Shown: piece after piece, positions 1 through 12,049 of the stretch
Position numbering within the stretch: position 1 is the first letter of the stretch
Layout of the letters: the number at the start of each line of letters is the position of its first letter
Source: Eledone cirrhosa
Taxonomy: Eukaryota
Assembly: GCA_964016885.1 (NCBI GenBank)
Contig: OZ024745.1
Span: 10,416,001-10,480,000, forward strand
Length of the DNA: 64,000 nucleotides
Direction: 5' to 3'
Translations under genes and position numbers: made by a program
The notes under the pieces: model-generated
Told to the model about the DNA's origin: nothing
Database searches by the model: none
Seen by the model: the letters and a program-made list of their open reading frames with translations, nothing else

Positions 1-63
1 GCACCAGAGTACTCAATACTTAGGGTAGTAGAAACGGTTTGAGCTCTGCCGTCAGGGTCATAC

Positions 64-95
<32 letters not shown>

Positions 96-158
96 CTTTA
101 CTCTTTGTTCTTGAATGTTTGGTTGGTAGAGTCCATAACACCAATCAAACCCCTTTTA

Positions 159-212
159 TAGCTCTGACGAATCCTACGGTTACGTAAGGAAGAAACATTG
201 TAAGCCAATAAA
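159..212 (+). ncRNA. Minimal type I hammerhead ribozyme-like motif followed by AATAAA (Penelope-like pLTR remnant)
   Basis: CTGACGA (164-170); stem II TCCT-ACG/gtta/CGT-a-AGGA (172-190); GAAAC (192-196); short stem III ending in GTA (200-202); stem I GCT/AGC; AATAAA at 207-212. The stem II closing pair is an A.A mismatch. Confidence 0.55.
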
Positions 213-247
213 AATCTTTTGATGTTGTAGACGCTCTTGTGTTCTTT

Positions 248-250
<3 letters not shown>

Positions 251-295
<45 letters not shown>
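251..295. repeat. (TA)n microsatellite (others at 69-95, 468-486, 3562-3647, 3775-3837)
   Basis: Direct dinucleotide runs. Confidence 0.95.
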
Positions 296-298
<3 letters not shown>

Positions 299-487
299 GT
301 AAGGAGTTGACGAACCCAGCATATTTATCAATGAAAGGACCGGTTGTATCTCACCGTGGACAATGTAAGATACACTCCCAGAGTATACACATAGTTATTC
401 GCTTCAGTACAACACACGTAAAACGGGTGCCTATAATAGTTCCCGGACTTGAGCTTCAGCCGCACTTATATATATATATATATATAA

Positions 488-2917
488 CCCGACAACCACC
501 TGATCACCTATAGATCAGGGGAGCATTCTAGTCAGATAGATTTTATCCTCATCAGAGGACGTGACAGATGGACGGTCCTAAACACAAAAGCCTACCCTAG
601 TGAGGAATGTACCACCCAACATAGCTTAGTTGTCAGAACTAGACGAACCTGGAAAAGAAAGATCTGGAAGCTGAAAGACACCTCAGCCAGTAACAGATTT
701 AAAGATATTTTACTCAACGCCTACGACAATAAAGAAGACCAGATAGAAACATTCAATGTAGAAGAACACTGGGAGTTCCTAAAAAATAACTTACTAGAGG
801 CAACGGATGAGGTCTGTGGCTGGAGTAAGACCACAAGCAGGAGGAGAGTGACTTGGTGGTGGAACAATAAGGTAGATGAGGCGGTTAAGGCCAAGAGACA
901 GGCATGGAAAGAATGGCAGAACGGGGGGAGCAGGGTACATTACATAGAGATCAAGAAGGAAGCTAGGCGACAAGTATACTTAGCTAGGATGGAAGCAGAG
1001 GATAGAAAATTCAAGCATGTTTTGCAACGTGAGGACCAGAAACAGGAGGTGTTCAAAATTGCGAGGCAGTGTGTCAGAGAGAATTGTGATGTCATTGGAG
1101 AGAAGCGTATCCGGAATGATAAAGGTGAGCTTGCCCTCACAAGTGCTGAGAAGAAAGATGCATGGAAGAGTCATTATGATAGATTACTAAATGAGGAGAA
1201 TGCATGGGAAGAAGAGACCCTACCCCAAGTAGACCCTATAGAGGGGCCAGCAGTACAAGTCAGCAGCAGTGTAATAAGTAAGGCAATCAAAGATATGAAG
1301 ATGGGTAAGGCAACCGGTCCATCGTGTATAGCTGCCGAGATGCTGAAGGCATCTGGGTCTGTAGGTCACACTATAACCACACGTATTGTTAACCAGGTAA
1401 TACTAGAAGGTGTCATACCAAAAGATTGGTGCAGTAGCATCATTGTCAACTGCTACAAAGGTAAAGGTGATGCACTAGATAGAGGAAACTATAGAGGTAT
1501 AAAGCTGATGGACCAGGTCATGAAAGTAACAGAAAGAGTTATAGCACAGTTGATTAGGGACCGGGTGAAACTAGATGAGATGCAATTTTGGTTTGTACCA
1601 GGAAGAGGCACCACTAATGCCCTCTTCCTTGTGAGGCAGTTACAGGAAAAGTACCTAGCTAAAAGTAAGCCACTCTACCTGGCATTCGTCGATCTCGAGA
1701 AAGCCTTTGACAGAGTTCCACGTGCTGTAATCTGGTGGGCTCTTAGAAAACTAGGAGTAGATGAATGGCTTGTGAAAGCTGTCCAAGCCATATATAGGGG
1801 AACAGTCAGCAAAGTTAGGATTAGCAATGAGTATAGCGAAGAATTTAGCGTACAGGTTGGTGTCCACCAGGGCTCTGTTCTTAGCCCTCTCCTGTTCATC
1901 ATAGTCCTGCAGGCAATAACGGAGGAGTTTAAGACTGGATGCCCATGGGAACTCCTGTATGCTGATGACGTCGCACTTATAGCTGAATCTATGGTAGAAC
2001 TAGAGAAGAAATTCCAAACTTGGAAGCATGGACTAGAAAGAAAGGGTCTCAAAGTCAACATGACAAAGACTAAGGTCCTTGTAAGTAGACGAGAAAACAG
2101 AACCCAGATCCCCTCAGGGAAATGGCCTTGCTCAGTATGTAGGAAAGGTGTAGGTAGGAACTCCATTCTCTGCCCCAAATGCAAACAATGGGTACACAAG
2201 AGATGTAGCGGGATCTCAGGAAGCTTAATTAAGAATGTAGGCTTCACATGCAGCAGCTGTGCTGGGACAACAAGCAGCAAACAGCCACAGGAAACAAGTA
2301 CCACCAATCTCTGGGAGGGCTCTGTAGAAACAGTAGACAGCTTCTGCTACCTAGGTGACCGAATTAGCAGCGGAGGTGGGTGTTCAGAAAGTATAATAAC
2401 TAGAGTAAGAACGGGATGGAAGAAGTTGAGGGAGCCACTGTTAGCTGCAAAAGGCTTCTCCCTCAAAATGAAAGGCAGACTGTATGATGCGTGTTTCCGA
2501 ACAGCAATGTTACATGGTAGTGAGACCTGGGCGCTGAAGGTGGAAGACTTACGTAGATTAGAAAGAAACGAAGCCTGCATGCTCCGATGGATGTGTAATA
2601 GTAATATACGCGAACGACAAAGCATAAATGAATTGAGAGAGAGACTGAGCATAAGAGGAATCAAATGCTGTGTGCAGGAGAGGCGGTTGCGTTGGTATGG
2701 ACATGCGATGCGTATGAAGGATGACAGCTGCATAAAAAGGTGCAGACCACTAGAAGTCAATAGAAACCGTGGAGTGGGGAGACCCAAGAAGACCTGGCAT
2801 GAGGTGATAAAAGCCAACCTTACCCAATTACACCTCTCAAAGGCGATGACACACGACCGTGACCTCTGGCGTCACGCAGTAATACAGAGTACCCAACCTC
2901 CCATGGGTACAAGCTGA
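488..2917 (+). CDS. RTE ORF (partial APE endonuclease + reverse transcriptase + PHD-like finger), 5'-truncated
   Basis: The frame is open from 488 (PDNHLITYRSG..SQIDFILIR..QHSLVV) into the listed ORF 848-2917. Motifs: NYRGIKL, FVDLEKAFDRVP, GVHQGSVLSP, YADD, CSVC..CPKC..H..C..CSSC, YLG, RLRWYGH, GRPKKTW. Confidence 0.9.
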   Translation, partial: PDNHLITYRSGEHSSQIDFILIRGRDRWTVLNTKAYPSEECTTQHSLVVRTRRTWKRKIWKLKDTSASNRFKDILLNAYDNKEDQIETFNVEEHWEFLKNNLLEATDEVCGWSKTTSRRRVTWWWNNKVDEAVKAKRQAWKEWQNGGSRVHYIEIKKEARRQVYLARMEAEDRKFKHVLQREDQKQEVFKIARQCVRENCDVIGEKRIRNDKGELALTSAEKKDAWKSHYDRLLNEENAWEEETLPQVDPIEGPAVQVSSSVISKAIKDMKMGKATGPSCIAAEMLKASGSVGHTITTRIVNQVILEGVIPKDWCSSIIVNCYKGKGDALDRGNYRGIKLMDQVMKVTERVIAQLIRDRVKLDEMQFWFVPGRGTTNALFLVRQLQEKYLAKSKPLYLAFVDLEKAFDRVPRAVIWWALRKLGVDEWLVKAVQAIYRGTVSKVRISNEYSEEFSVQVGVHQGSVLSPLLFIIVLQAITEEFKTGCPWELLYADDVALIAESMVELEKKFQTWKHGLERKGLKVNMTKTKVLVSRRENRTQIPSGKWPCSVCRKGVGRNSILCPKCKQWVHKRCSGISGSLIKNVGFTCSSCAGTTSSKQPQETSTTNLWEGSVETVDSFCYLGDRISSGGGCSESIITRVRTGWKKLREPLLAAKGFSLKMKGRLYDACFRTAMLHGSETWALKVEDLRRLERNEACMLRWMCNSNIRERQSINELRERLSIRGIKCCVQERRLRWYGHAMRMKDDSCIKRCRPLEVNRNRGVGRPKKTWHEVIKANLTQLHLSKAMTHDRDLWRHAVIQSTQPPMGTS

Positions 2918-3219
2918 AGCATGTAGACAATATGCCTCCACACCCTCCCACTGGAAGGTGGTCGTGGAGGTGCCACGACAAAAAAGCAACCAGCTTACAC
3001 TGTAAAGTGGACGTGTAAGCGCCACGGAAAAAGCACCCATCACTCACTGTAAATGAGGTTGGTGTTAGGAAGGGCATCCAGCTGTAGAAATCAAGCCAAA
3101 ATCAGTTCCTGTATGAGCAAGGCATGGTCAGCCGACCAGACACTGACCACAACAGGACAACCCGTCTAACCCATGCTAGCGTGGAAGAACAGACGTAAAA
3201 CAGTGATGATGATGATGAT
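488..3219 (+). mobile_element. RTE-clade LINE, family A, copy 1; 5'-truncated, inserted in (TA)n
   Basis: Carries the APE C-terminus, RT, PHD-like finger and a 3' UTR ending ...AACCCATGCTAGCGTGGAAGAACAGACGTAAAACAG(TGA)n. TA runs lie on both sides. Confidence 0.95.
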
Positions 3220-3354
3220 ATATATATATGAGTCGGGGGTCGACGGCTGAGCTGTTGCCCCGCCTCTCTATTATATTTACACTCTACCATTCCAAGTATT
3301 GAGTACTCTGCTGAAGTTTAAAACTCTACTAGTTTAAAACTGGTATAATCCTGA

Positions 3355-3495
3355 TCTCTCTCTATTTTACTGACCCTCGTAAAGATTAACGGTAAAGCTA
3401 ACATCGGCATGATTTGAACTCAGAACGCAAAGAGCCGTAACTCTATGTCACAAAACATCTGATGCTCTACTGATTCTAGTTCCAATCCACCACCA
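3355..3495 (-). mobile_element. tRNA-derived SINE family B, partial
   Basis: GATTTGAACTCAGAAC..CGTAACTCTATG..CAATCCACC is shared with copies at 34.2, 48.5, 60.8-61.2 and 63.4-63.8 kb. Confidence 0.7.
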
Positions 3496-3560
3496 TCTGT
3501 TGCAGTCGGGACTTTGGAGAAAATATAAGCTATATTTTTTGTCTATTTTCTCTTCACATT

Positions 3561-3648
<88 letters not shown>

Positions 3649-3714
3649 TCACACACGTGTGTGTGTGTGTGTGTTCTGTAAGAGCAAGATATGATCACCT
3701 GACCTGGCATTTCT

Positions 3715-3772
3715 CACAACAGGACAACTCGTCTAACCCATGCTAGCGTGGGAAAATGGACGTTAAACGGTG

Positions 3773-3773
<1 letters not shown>
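3715..3773 (+). mobile_element. Isolated RTE-A-type 3' tail
   Basis: CACAACAGGACAACTCGTCTAACCCATGCTAGCGTGG..GACGTTAAAC matches about 3148-3200. Similar tails lie at 33983-34028, 63160-63200 and 28354-28490 (minus). Confidence 0.8.
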
Positions 3774-3824
<51 letters not shown>

Positions 3825-3969
3825 AATATATATATAGAGAGAGAGAGAGAGATCATGCTGTACTTTCTAGAATCCATATTGTGTCTAACAACGAAGAATT
3901 GATGACATCACTATTTCTTGTCCCATTAAGGTGTGATAACTCGATAGAACCTAAACTAATTTATTCTGA

Positions 3970-4165
3970 ATTAGGTTTAAGGCTTACAGTTAGGGTTTAG
4001 GTTTGGGGTTCAGGGATTTGGTTGGAGTTAAGGGGTGAGAACTAGGGTTCAGGAAAAGTGCAGAGATGGTGTTAGGGTCCAGGAATAAGGTAAGGGTACC
4101 AGGAAAGAGTTAGATTTAAGTTGTAGTGATAGAGTTAAGGTTAATGTATAGAGACAGAGTTAGGA
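3970..4165 (+). repeat. Degenerate TTAGGG-like hexamer tract
   Basis: GTTAGGGTTTAGGTTTGGGGTTCAGGG..CTAGGGTTCAGG..GTTAGGGTCC with approximately 6-bp periodicity. Confidence 0.5.
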
Positions 4166-4197
4166 TTAACATGTAGAGATACGAGTGGGGATAGATC

Positions 4198-7100
4198 GAT
4201 ATCAATGTAGAGAGACAGACTTTATATCAATGTAGAGAGAGACAGACTTTATATCAATGTAGAGAGACAGACTTTATATCAATGTAGAGAGACAAACTTT
4301 ATATCAATGTAGAGACAGACAGACTTTATACCAATGTAGAGAGAGACAGACTTTATATCAATGTAGAGAGACAGACTTTATATCAATGTAGAGAGAGACA
4401 GACTTTATATCAATGTAGAGAGAGACAGACTTTATATCAATGTAGAGAGACAGACTTTATATCAATGTAGAGAGAGAGACTTTATATCAATGTAGGGAGA
4501 CAGACTTTATATCAATGTAGAGAGAGAGACTTTATATCAATGTAGGGAGAGACAGACTTTATATCAATGTAGAGAGAGACAGACTTTATATCAATGTAGA
4601 GAGAGACAGACTTTATATCAATGTAGAGAGACTTTATATCAATGTAGAGAGAGAGACTTTATATCAATGTAGAGAGAGACAGACTTTATATCAATGTAGA
4701 GAGACAGACTTTATATCAATGTAGAGAGAGACAGACTTTATATCAATTTAGAGAGAGACAGACTTTATATCAATGTAGAGAGACAGACTTTATATCAATG
4801 TAGAGAGAGACAGACTTTATATCAATGTAGGGAGACAGACTTTATATCAATGTAGAGAGACAGACTTTATACCAATGTAGAGAGAGACAGACTTTATATC
4901 AATGTAGAGAGAGAGAGACTTTATATCAATGTAGAGAGAGACAGACTTTATATCAATGTAGAGAGAGACAGACTTTATATCAATGTAGAGAGACAGACTT
5001 TATATCAATGTAGAGAGACAGACTTTATATCAATGTAGGGAGAGACAGACTTTATATCAATGTAGAGAGACTTTATATCAATGAAGAGAGAGAGACTTTA
5101 TATCAATGTAGAGAGAGACAGACTTTATATCAATGTAGAGAGAGAGACTTTATATCAATGTAGAGAGACAAACTTTATATCAATGTAGAGAGAGAGACTT
5201 TATATCAATGTAGAGAGAGACAGACTTTATATCAATGAAAAGAGACAGGCTTTATATCAATGTAGAGAGACAGACTTTATATTAATGTAGAGAGACAGAC
5301 TTTATATCAATGTAGAGAGAGACAGACTTTATATCAATGACGAGAGACAGACTTTATACCAATGTAGAGAGAGACAGACTTTATATCAATGTAGAGAGAC
5401 AGACTTTATATCAATGTAGAGAGAGACAGACTTTATATCAATGTAGAGAGAGACAGACTTTATATCAATGTAGAGAGACAGACTTTATACCAATGTAGAG
5501 AGAGACAGACTTTATATCAATATAGAGAGAGACAGACTTTATATCAATGTAGAGAGACAGACTTTATATCAATGTAGAGAGAGACAGACTTTATATCAAT
5601 GTAGAGAGAAACAGACTTTATATCAATGTAGAGAGAGACAGACTTTATATCAATGTAGAGAGAGACAGACTTTATATCAATGTAGAGAGACACAGACTTT
5701 ATATCAATGTAGGGAGACATACTTTATATCAATGTAGAGAGAGACAGACTTTATATCAATGTAGAGAGACAGACTTTATATCAATATAGAGAGACAAACT
5801 TTATATCAATGTAGAGAGAGACAGACTTTATATCAATGTAGAGAGAGACAGACTTTATACCAATGTAGAGAGACAGACTTTATATCAATGTAGAGAGAGA
5901 CAGACTTTATATCAATGTAGAGAGACAGACTTTATATCAATGTAGAGAGACAGACTTTATATCAATGTAGAGAGACAGACTTTATATCAATGTAGAGAGA
6001 CAGACTTTAAATCAATGTAGAGAGACAGACTTTATATCAATGTAGAGAGAGACAGACTTTATATAAATGAAGAGAGACAGACTTTATATCAATGTGGAGA
6101 GAGACAGACTTTATATCAATGTAGAGAGAGACAGACTTTATATCAATGTAGAGAGACAGACTTTATATCAATGTAGAGAGACAGACTTTATATCAATGTA
6201 GAGAGAGACAGACTTTATATCAATGTAGAGAGACAGACTTTATATCAATGTAGAGAGACAGACTTTATATCAATGTAGAGAGACAGACTTTATATCAATG
6301 AAGAGAGACAGACTTTATATCAATGTAGAGAGAGACAGACTTTATATCAATGTAGAGAGAGACAGACTTTATATCAATGTAGAGAGACAGACTTTATATC
6401 AATGTAGAGAGAGACAGACTTTATATCAATGTAGAGAGACAGACTTTGTATCAATGTAGAGAGAGACAGACTTTATATCAATAAAGAGAGACAGACTTTA
6501 TATCAATGTAGGGAGACAGACTTTATATCAATGTATGGAGACAGACTTTATATCAATGTAGGGAGACAGACTTTATATCAATGTAGAGAGATACAGACTT
6601 TATATAAATGTAGAGAGAGACAGACTTTATATCAATGTAGAGAGACAGACTTTATACCAATGTAGGGAGACAGACTTTATACCAATGTAGGGAGACAGAC
6701 TTTATACCAATGTACGGAGAGACAGACTTTATATCAATGTAGAGAGAGACAGACTTTATACCAATGTAGAGAGAGACAGACTTTATATCAATGTAGAGAG
6801 AGACCGCCTTTATATCAATGTAGAGAGAGACAGACTTTATATCAATGTAGAGAGACAGACTTTATACCAATGTAGAGAGACAGACTTTATATCAATGTAG
6901 GGAGAGACAGACTTTATATCAATGTAGAGAGACAGACGTTATACCAATGTAGGGAGAGACTTTCTATCAATGTAGAGAGATACAGACTTTATACCAATGT
7001 TGGGAGAGACTTTATATCAATGTAGAGAGATACAGACTTTATACCAATGTAGAGAGACAGACTTTATATCAATGTAGAGAGAGACAGACTTAATATCAAT

Positions 7101-10100
7101 GTAGAGACAGACTTTATACCAATGTAGGGAGAGACTTTACATCAATGTAGAGAGATACAGACTTTATACCAATGTAGGGAGAGACAGACTTTATATCAAT
7201 GTAGAGAGAGACATATTTTATACCAATGTAGAGACAGACTTTATATCAATGTAGAGAGAGACAGACTTTATACCAATGTAGGGAGAGACAGACTTTATAC
7301 CAATGTAGGGAGATACAGACTTTATATCAATGTAGAGAGAGACATTTTATACCAATGTAGGGAGAGACAGACTTTATATCAATGTAGAGAGAGACAGACT
7401 TTATACCAATGTAGAGAGAGAGAGACTTTATATCAATGTAGAGAGAGACAGACTTTATATCAATGTAGAGAGACATACTTTATATCAATGTAGAGAGAGA
7501 CAGACTTTATATCAATGTAGAGAGACAGACTTTATACCAATGTAGGGAGAGACAGACTTTATATCAATGTAGAGAGAGACAGACTTTATACCAATGTAGA
7601 GAGAGAGACGTTATATCAATGTAGAGAGAGACAGACTTTATACCAATGTAGAGAGAGACAGACTTTATACCAATGTAGGGAGAGACAGACTTTATACCAA
7701 TGTAGGGAGAGACAGACTTTATACCAATGTAGAGAGAGACAGACTTTATATCAATGTAGAGAGAGACAGACTTTATATCAATGTAGAGAGAGACAGACTT
7801 TATATCAACGTAGAGAGACAGACTTTATATCAATGTAGGGAGAGACAGACTTTATATCAATGTAGAGAGAGACAGACTTTATATCAATGTAGAGAGAGAC
7901 AGACTTTATACCAATGTAGAGAGAGACAGACTTTATATCAATGTAGAGACAGACTTTATACAAATGTAGAGAGAGACAGACTTTATATCAATGTAGAGAG
8001 ACAGACTTTATACCAATGTAGAGAGAGACAGACTTTATATCAATGTAGAGAGACAGACTTTATATCAATGTAGAGAGACAGACTTTATACCAATGTAGAG
8101 AGAGACAGACTTTATACCAATGTAGAGAGAGACAGACTTTATACCAATGTAGAGAGAGACAGACTTTATATCAATGTAGAGAGAGAGACTTTATATCAAT
8201 GTAGAGAGAGACAGACTTTATATCAATGTAGAGAGAGACAGACTTTATATCAATGTAGAGAGACAGACTTTATATCAATGTAGAGAGAGACAGACTTTAT
8301 ATCAATGTAGAGAGACAGACTTTATATCAATGTAGAGAGACAGACTTTATATCAATTTAGAGAGAGACAGACTTTATATCAATGTAGAGAGAGAGACTTT
8401 ATATCAATGTAGAGAGAGACAGACTTTATATCAATGTAGAGAGACAGACTTTATATCAATTTAGAGAGAGACAGACTTTATATCAATGTAGAGAGACAGA
8501 CTTTATATCAATGTAGAGAGAGACAGACTTTATATCAATGTAGGGAGACAGACTTTATATCAATGTAGAGAGACAGACTTTATACCAATGTAGAGAGAGA
8601 CAGACTTTATATCAATGTAGAGAGAGAGAGACTTTATATCAATGTAGAGAGAGACAGACTTTATATCAATGTAGAGAGACAGACTTTATATCAATGTAGA
8701 GAGACAGACTTTATATCAATGTAGAGAGAGACAGACTTTATATCAATGTAGAGAGACAGACTTTATATCAATTTAGAGAGAGACAGACTTTATATCAATG
8801 TAGAGAGACAGACTTTATATCAATGTAGAGAGAGACAGACTTTATATCAATGTAGAGAGACAGACTTTATATCAATGTAGAGAGACACAGACTTTATATC
8901 AATGTAGAGAGACATACTTTATATCAATGTAGAGAGAGACAGACTTTATATCAATGTAGAGAGAGACAGACTTTATATCAATGTAGAGAGAGACAGACTT
9001 TATATCAATGTAGAGAGACAGACTTTATATCAATGTAGAGAGACACAGACTTTATATCAATGTAGAGAGACACAGACTTTATATCAATGTAGAGAGACAG
9101 ACTTTATATCAATTTAGAGAGAGACAGACTTTATATCAATGTAGAGAGACAGACTTTATATCAATGTAGAGAGAGACAGACTTTATATCAATGTAGGGAG
9201 ACAGACTTTATATCAATGTAGAGAGACAGACTTTATACCAATGTAGAGAGAGACAGACTTTATATCAATGTAGAGAGAGAGAGACTTTATATCAATGTAG
9301 AGAGAGACAGACTTTATATCAATGTAGAGAGACAGACTTTATATCAATGTAGAGAGACAGACTTTATATCAATGTAGAGAGACAGACTTTATATCAATGT
9401 AGAGAGAGACAGACTGTATATCAATGTAGAGAGACAGACTTTATATCAATGTAGAGAGAGACAGACTTTATATCAATGTAGAGAGAGACAGACTTTATAT
9501 CAATGTAGAGAGACAGACTTTATATCAATGTAGAGAGACACAGACTTTATATCAATGTAGAGAGACATACTTTATATCAATGTAGAGAGAGACAGACTTT
9601 ATATCAATGTAGAGAGAGACAGACTTTATATCAATGTAGAGAGACAGACTTTATATCAATGTAGAGAGAGACAGACTTTATATCAATGTAGAGAGACAGA
9701 CTTTATATCAATGTAGAGAGACACAGACTTTATATCAATGTAGAGAGACAGACTTTATATCAATGTAGAGAGAGACAGACTTTATATCAATGTAGAGAGA
9801 CAGACTTTATATCAATGTAGAGAGACAGACTTTATATCAATGTAGAGAGACAGACTTTATATCAATGTAGAGAGAGACAGACTGTATATCAATGTAGAGA
9901 GACAGACTTTATATCAATGTAGAGAGAGACAGACTTTATATCAATGTAGAGAGACAGACTTTATATCAATGTAGAGAGACACAGACTTTATATCAATGTA
10001 GAGAGACAGACTTTATATCAATGTAGAGAGAGACAGACTTTATATCAATGTAGAGAGACAGACTTTATATCAATGTAGAGAGACAGACTTTATATCAATG

Positions 10101-11722
10101 TAGAGAGAGACAGACTGTATATCAATGTAGAGAGACAGACTTTATATCAACGTAGAGAGAGACAGACTTTATATCAATGTAGAGAGACAGACTTTATATC
10201 AATGTAGAGAGACAGACTTTATATCAATGTAGAGAGAGACAGACTTTATACCATTGTAGAGAGAGAGAGACTTTATATCAATGTAGAGAGACAGACTTTA
10301 TATCAATGTAGAGAGACAGACTTTATATCAATGTAGGGAGAGACAGACTTTATATCGATGTAGAGAGACAGACTTTATATCAATGTAGAGAGAGACAGAC
10401 TTTATATCAATGTAGAGAGAGACAGACTTTATATCAATGTAGAGAGAGACAGACTTTATATCAATGTAGAGAGAGACAGACTTTATATCAATGTAGAGAG
10501 AAACAGACTTTATATCAATGTAGAGAGAGACAGACTTTATATCAATGTAGAGAGACAGACTTTATATCAATGTAGGGAGAGACAGACTTTATATCGATGT
10601 AGAGAGAGACAGACTTTATATCAATGTAGAGAGACAGACTTTATACCAATGTAGAGAGACAGACTTTATACCAATGTAGAGAGAGACAGACTTTATATCA
10701 ATGTAGAGAGACAGACTTTATACCAATGTAGAGAGACAGACTTTATATCAATGTAGAGAGACAGACTTTATATCAATGTAGAGAGAGACAGACTTTATAT
10801 CAATGTAGAGAGAGACAGACTTTATATCAATGTAGAGAGAGACAGACTTTATATCAATGTAGAGAGAGACAGACTTTATATCAATGTAGAGAGAAACAGA
10901 CTTTATATCAATGTAGAGAGAGACAGACTTTATATCAATGTAGAGAGACAGACTTTATATCAATGTAGGGAGAGACAGACTTTATATCGATGTAGAGAGA
11001 GACAGACTTTATATCAATGTAGAGAGAGACAGACTTTATATCAATGTAGAGAGACAGACTTTATACCAATGTAGAGAGAGACAGACTTTATATCAATGTA
11101 GAGATAGACAGACTTTATATCAATGTAGAGAGAGACAGACTTTATATCAATGTAGAGAGACAGACTTTATACCAATGTAGAGAGAGACAGACTTTATATC
11201 AATGTAGAGAGACAGACTTTATATCAATGTAGAGAGAGACAGACTTTATATCAATGTAGAGAGACAGACTTTATACCAATGTAGAGAGAGACAGACTTTA
11301 TATCAATGTAGAGAGACAGACTTTATACCAATGTAGAGAGACAGACTTTATACCAATGTAGAGAGAGACAGACTTTATACCAATGTAGAGAGACAGACTT
11401 TATACCAATGTAGAGAGAGACAGACTTTATATCAATGTAGAGAGACAGACTTTATATCAATGTAGAGAGAGACAGACTTTATATCAATGTAGAGAGACAG
11501 ACTTTATACCAATGTAGAGAGAGACAGACTTTATATCAATGTAGAGAGACAGACTTTATACCAATGTAGAGAGACAGACTTTATACCAATGTAGAGAGAG
11601 ACAGACTTTATACCAATGTAGAGAGAGACAGACTTTATATCAATGTAGAGAGACAGACTTTATACCAATGTAGAGAGACAGACTTTATATCAATGTAGAG
11701 AGACAGACTTTATATCAATGTA
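4198..11722. repeat. 25/27-bp minisatellite ATATCAATGT(AG)nACAGACTTT, about 290 units
   Basis: Continuous tandem array; unit length varies through the internal (AG)n. Confidence 0.98.
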
Positions 11723-12049
11723 GGAAGTCAATATCAATAGAAGTAGCATTAGTAGTAATATTAATATGGTTTCTAATTTATCCAGTATTACTAATTATAA
11801 CATTTTATTATCGGGATTTGGGAGAACTGTTGAAACAATCTCTATATTTTTAATGACATAACTAAATTAGTTCTAATAATATAAACTATTTATCAAATAT
11901 ATATTTTTAGTGATAAAATTTTATTACATTTCTTTAAAAAAATAGTTTAACAGACAAAATAAAGTTTTTATGAAGTGGCGGGGAGTTGAATAAACAAATA
12001 ATTTCAAAACTTTTCCTATCGTTAACAAAAAATATACAAGTATATTGTA

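Noticed and set aside
300-467. Second hammerhead on the minus strand (also degenerate candidates at 21-60 and about 34840-34920)
   Set aside because: Core boxes are incomplete (no clean CUGANGA plus GAAA with stems), so I cannot support the call.
940-2817. Minus-strand ORFs overlapping the RTE (also 13614-14201, 14294-14674, 26685-27289)
   Set aside because: Antisense shadows of the LINE ORF.
3970-4165. True telomere or chromosome fusion site
   Set aside because: Short, highly degenerate and single-orientation; at most an interstitial telomere-like tract.
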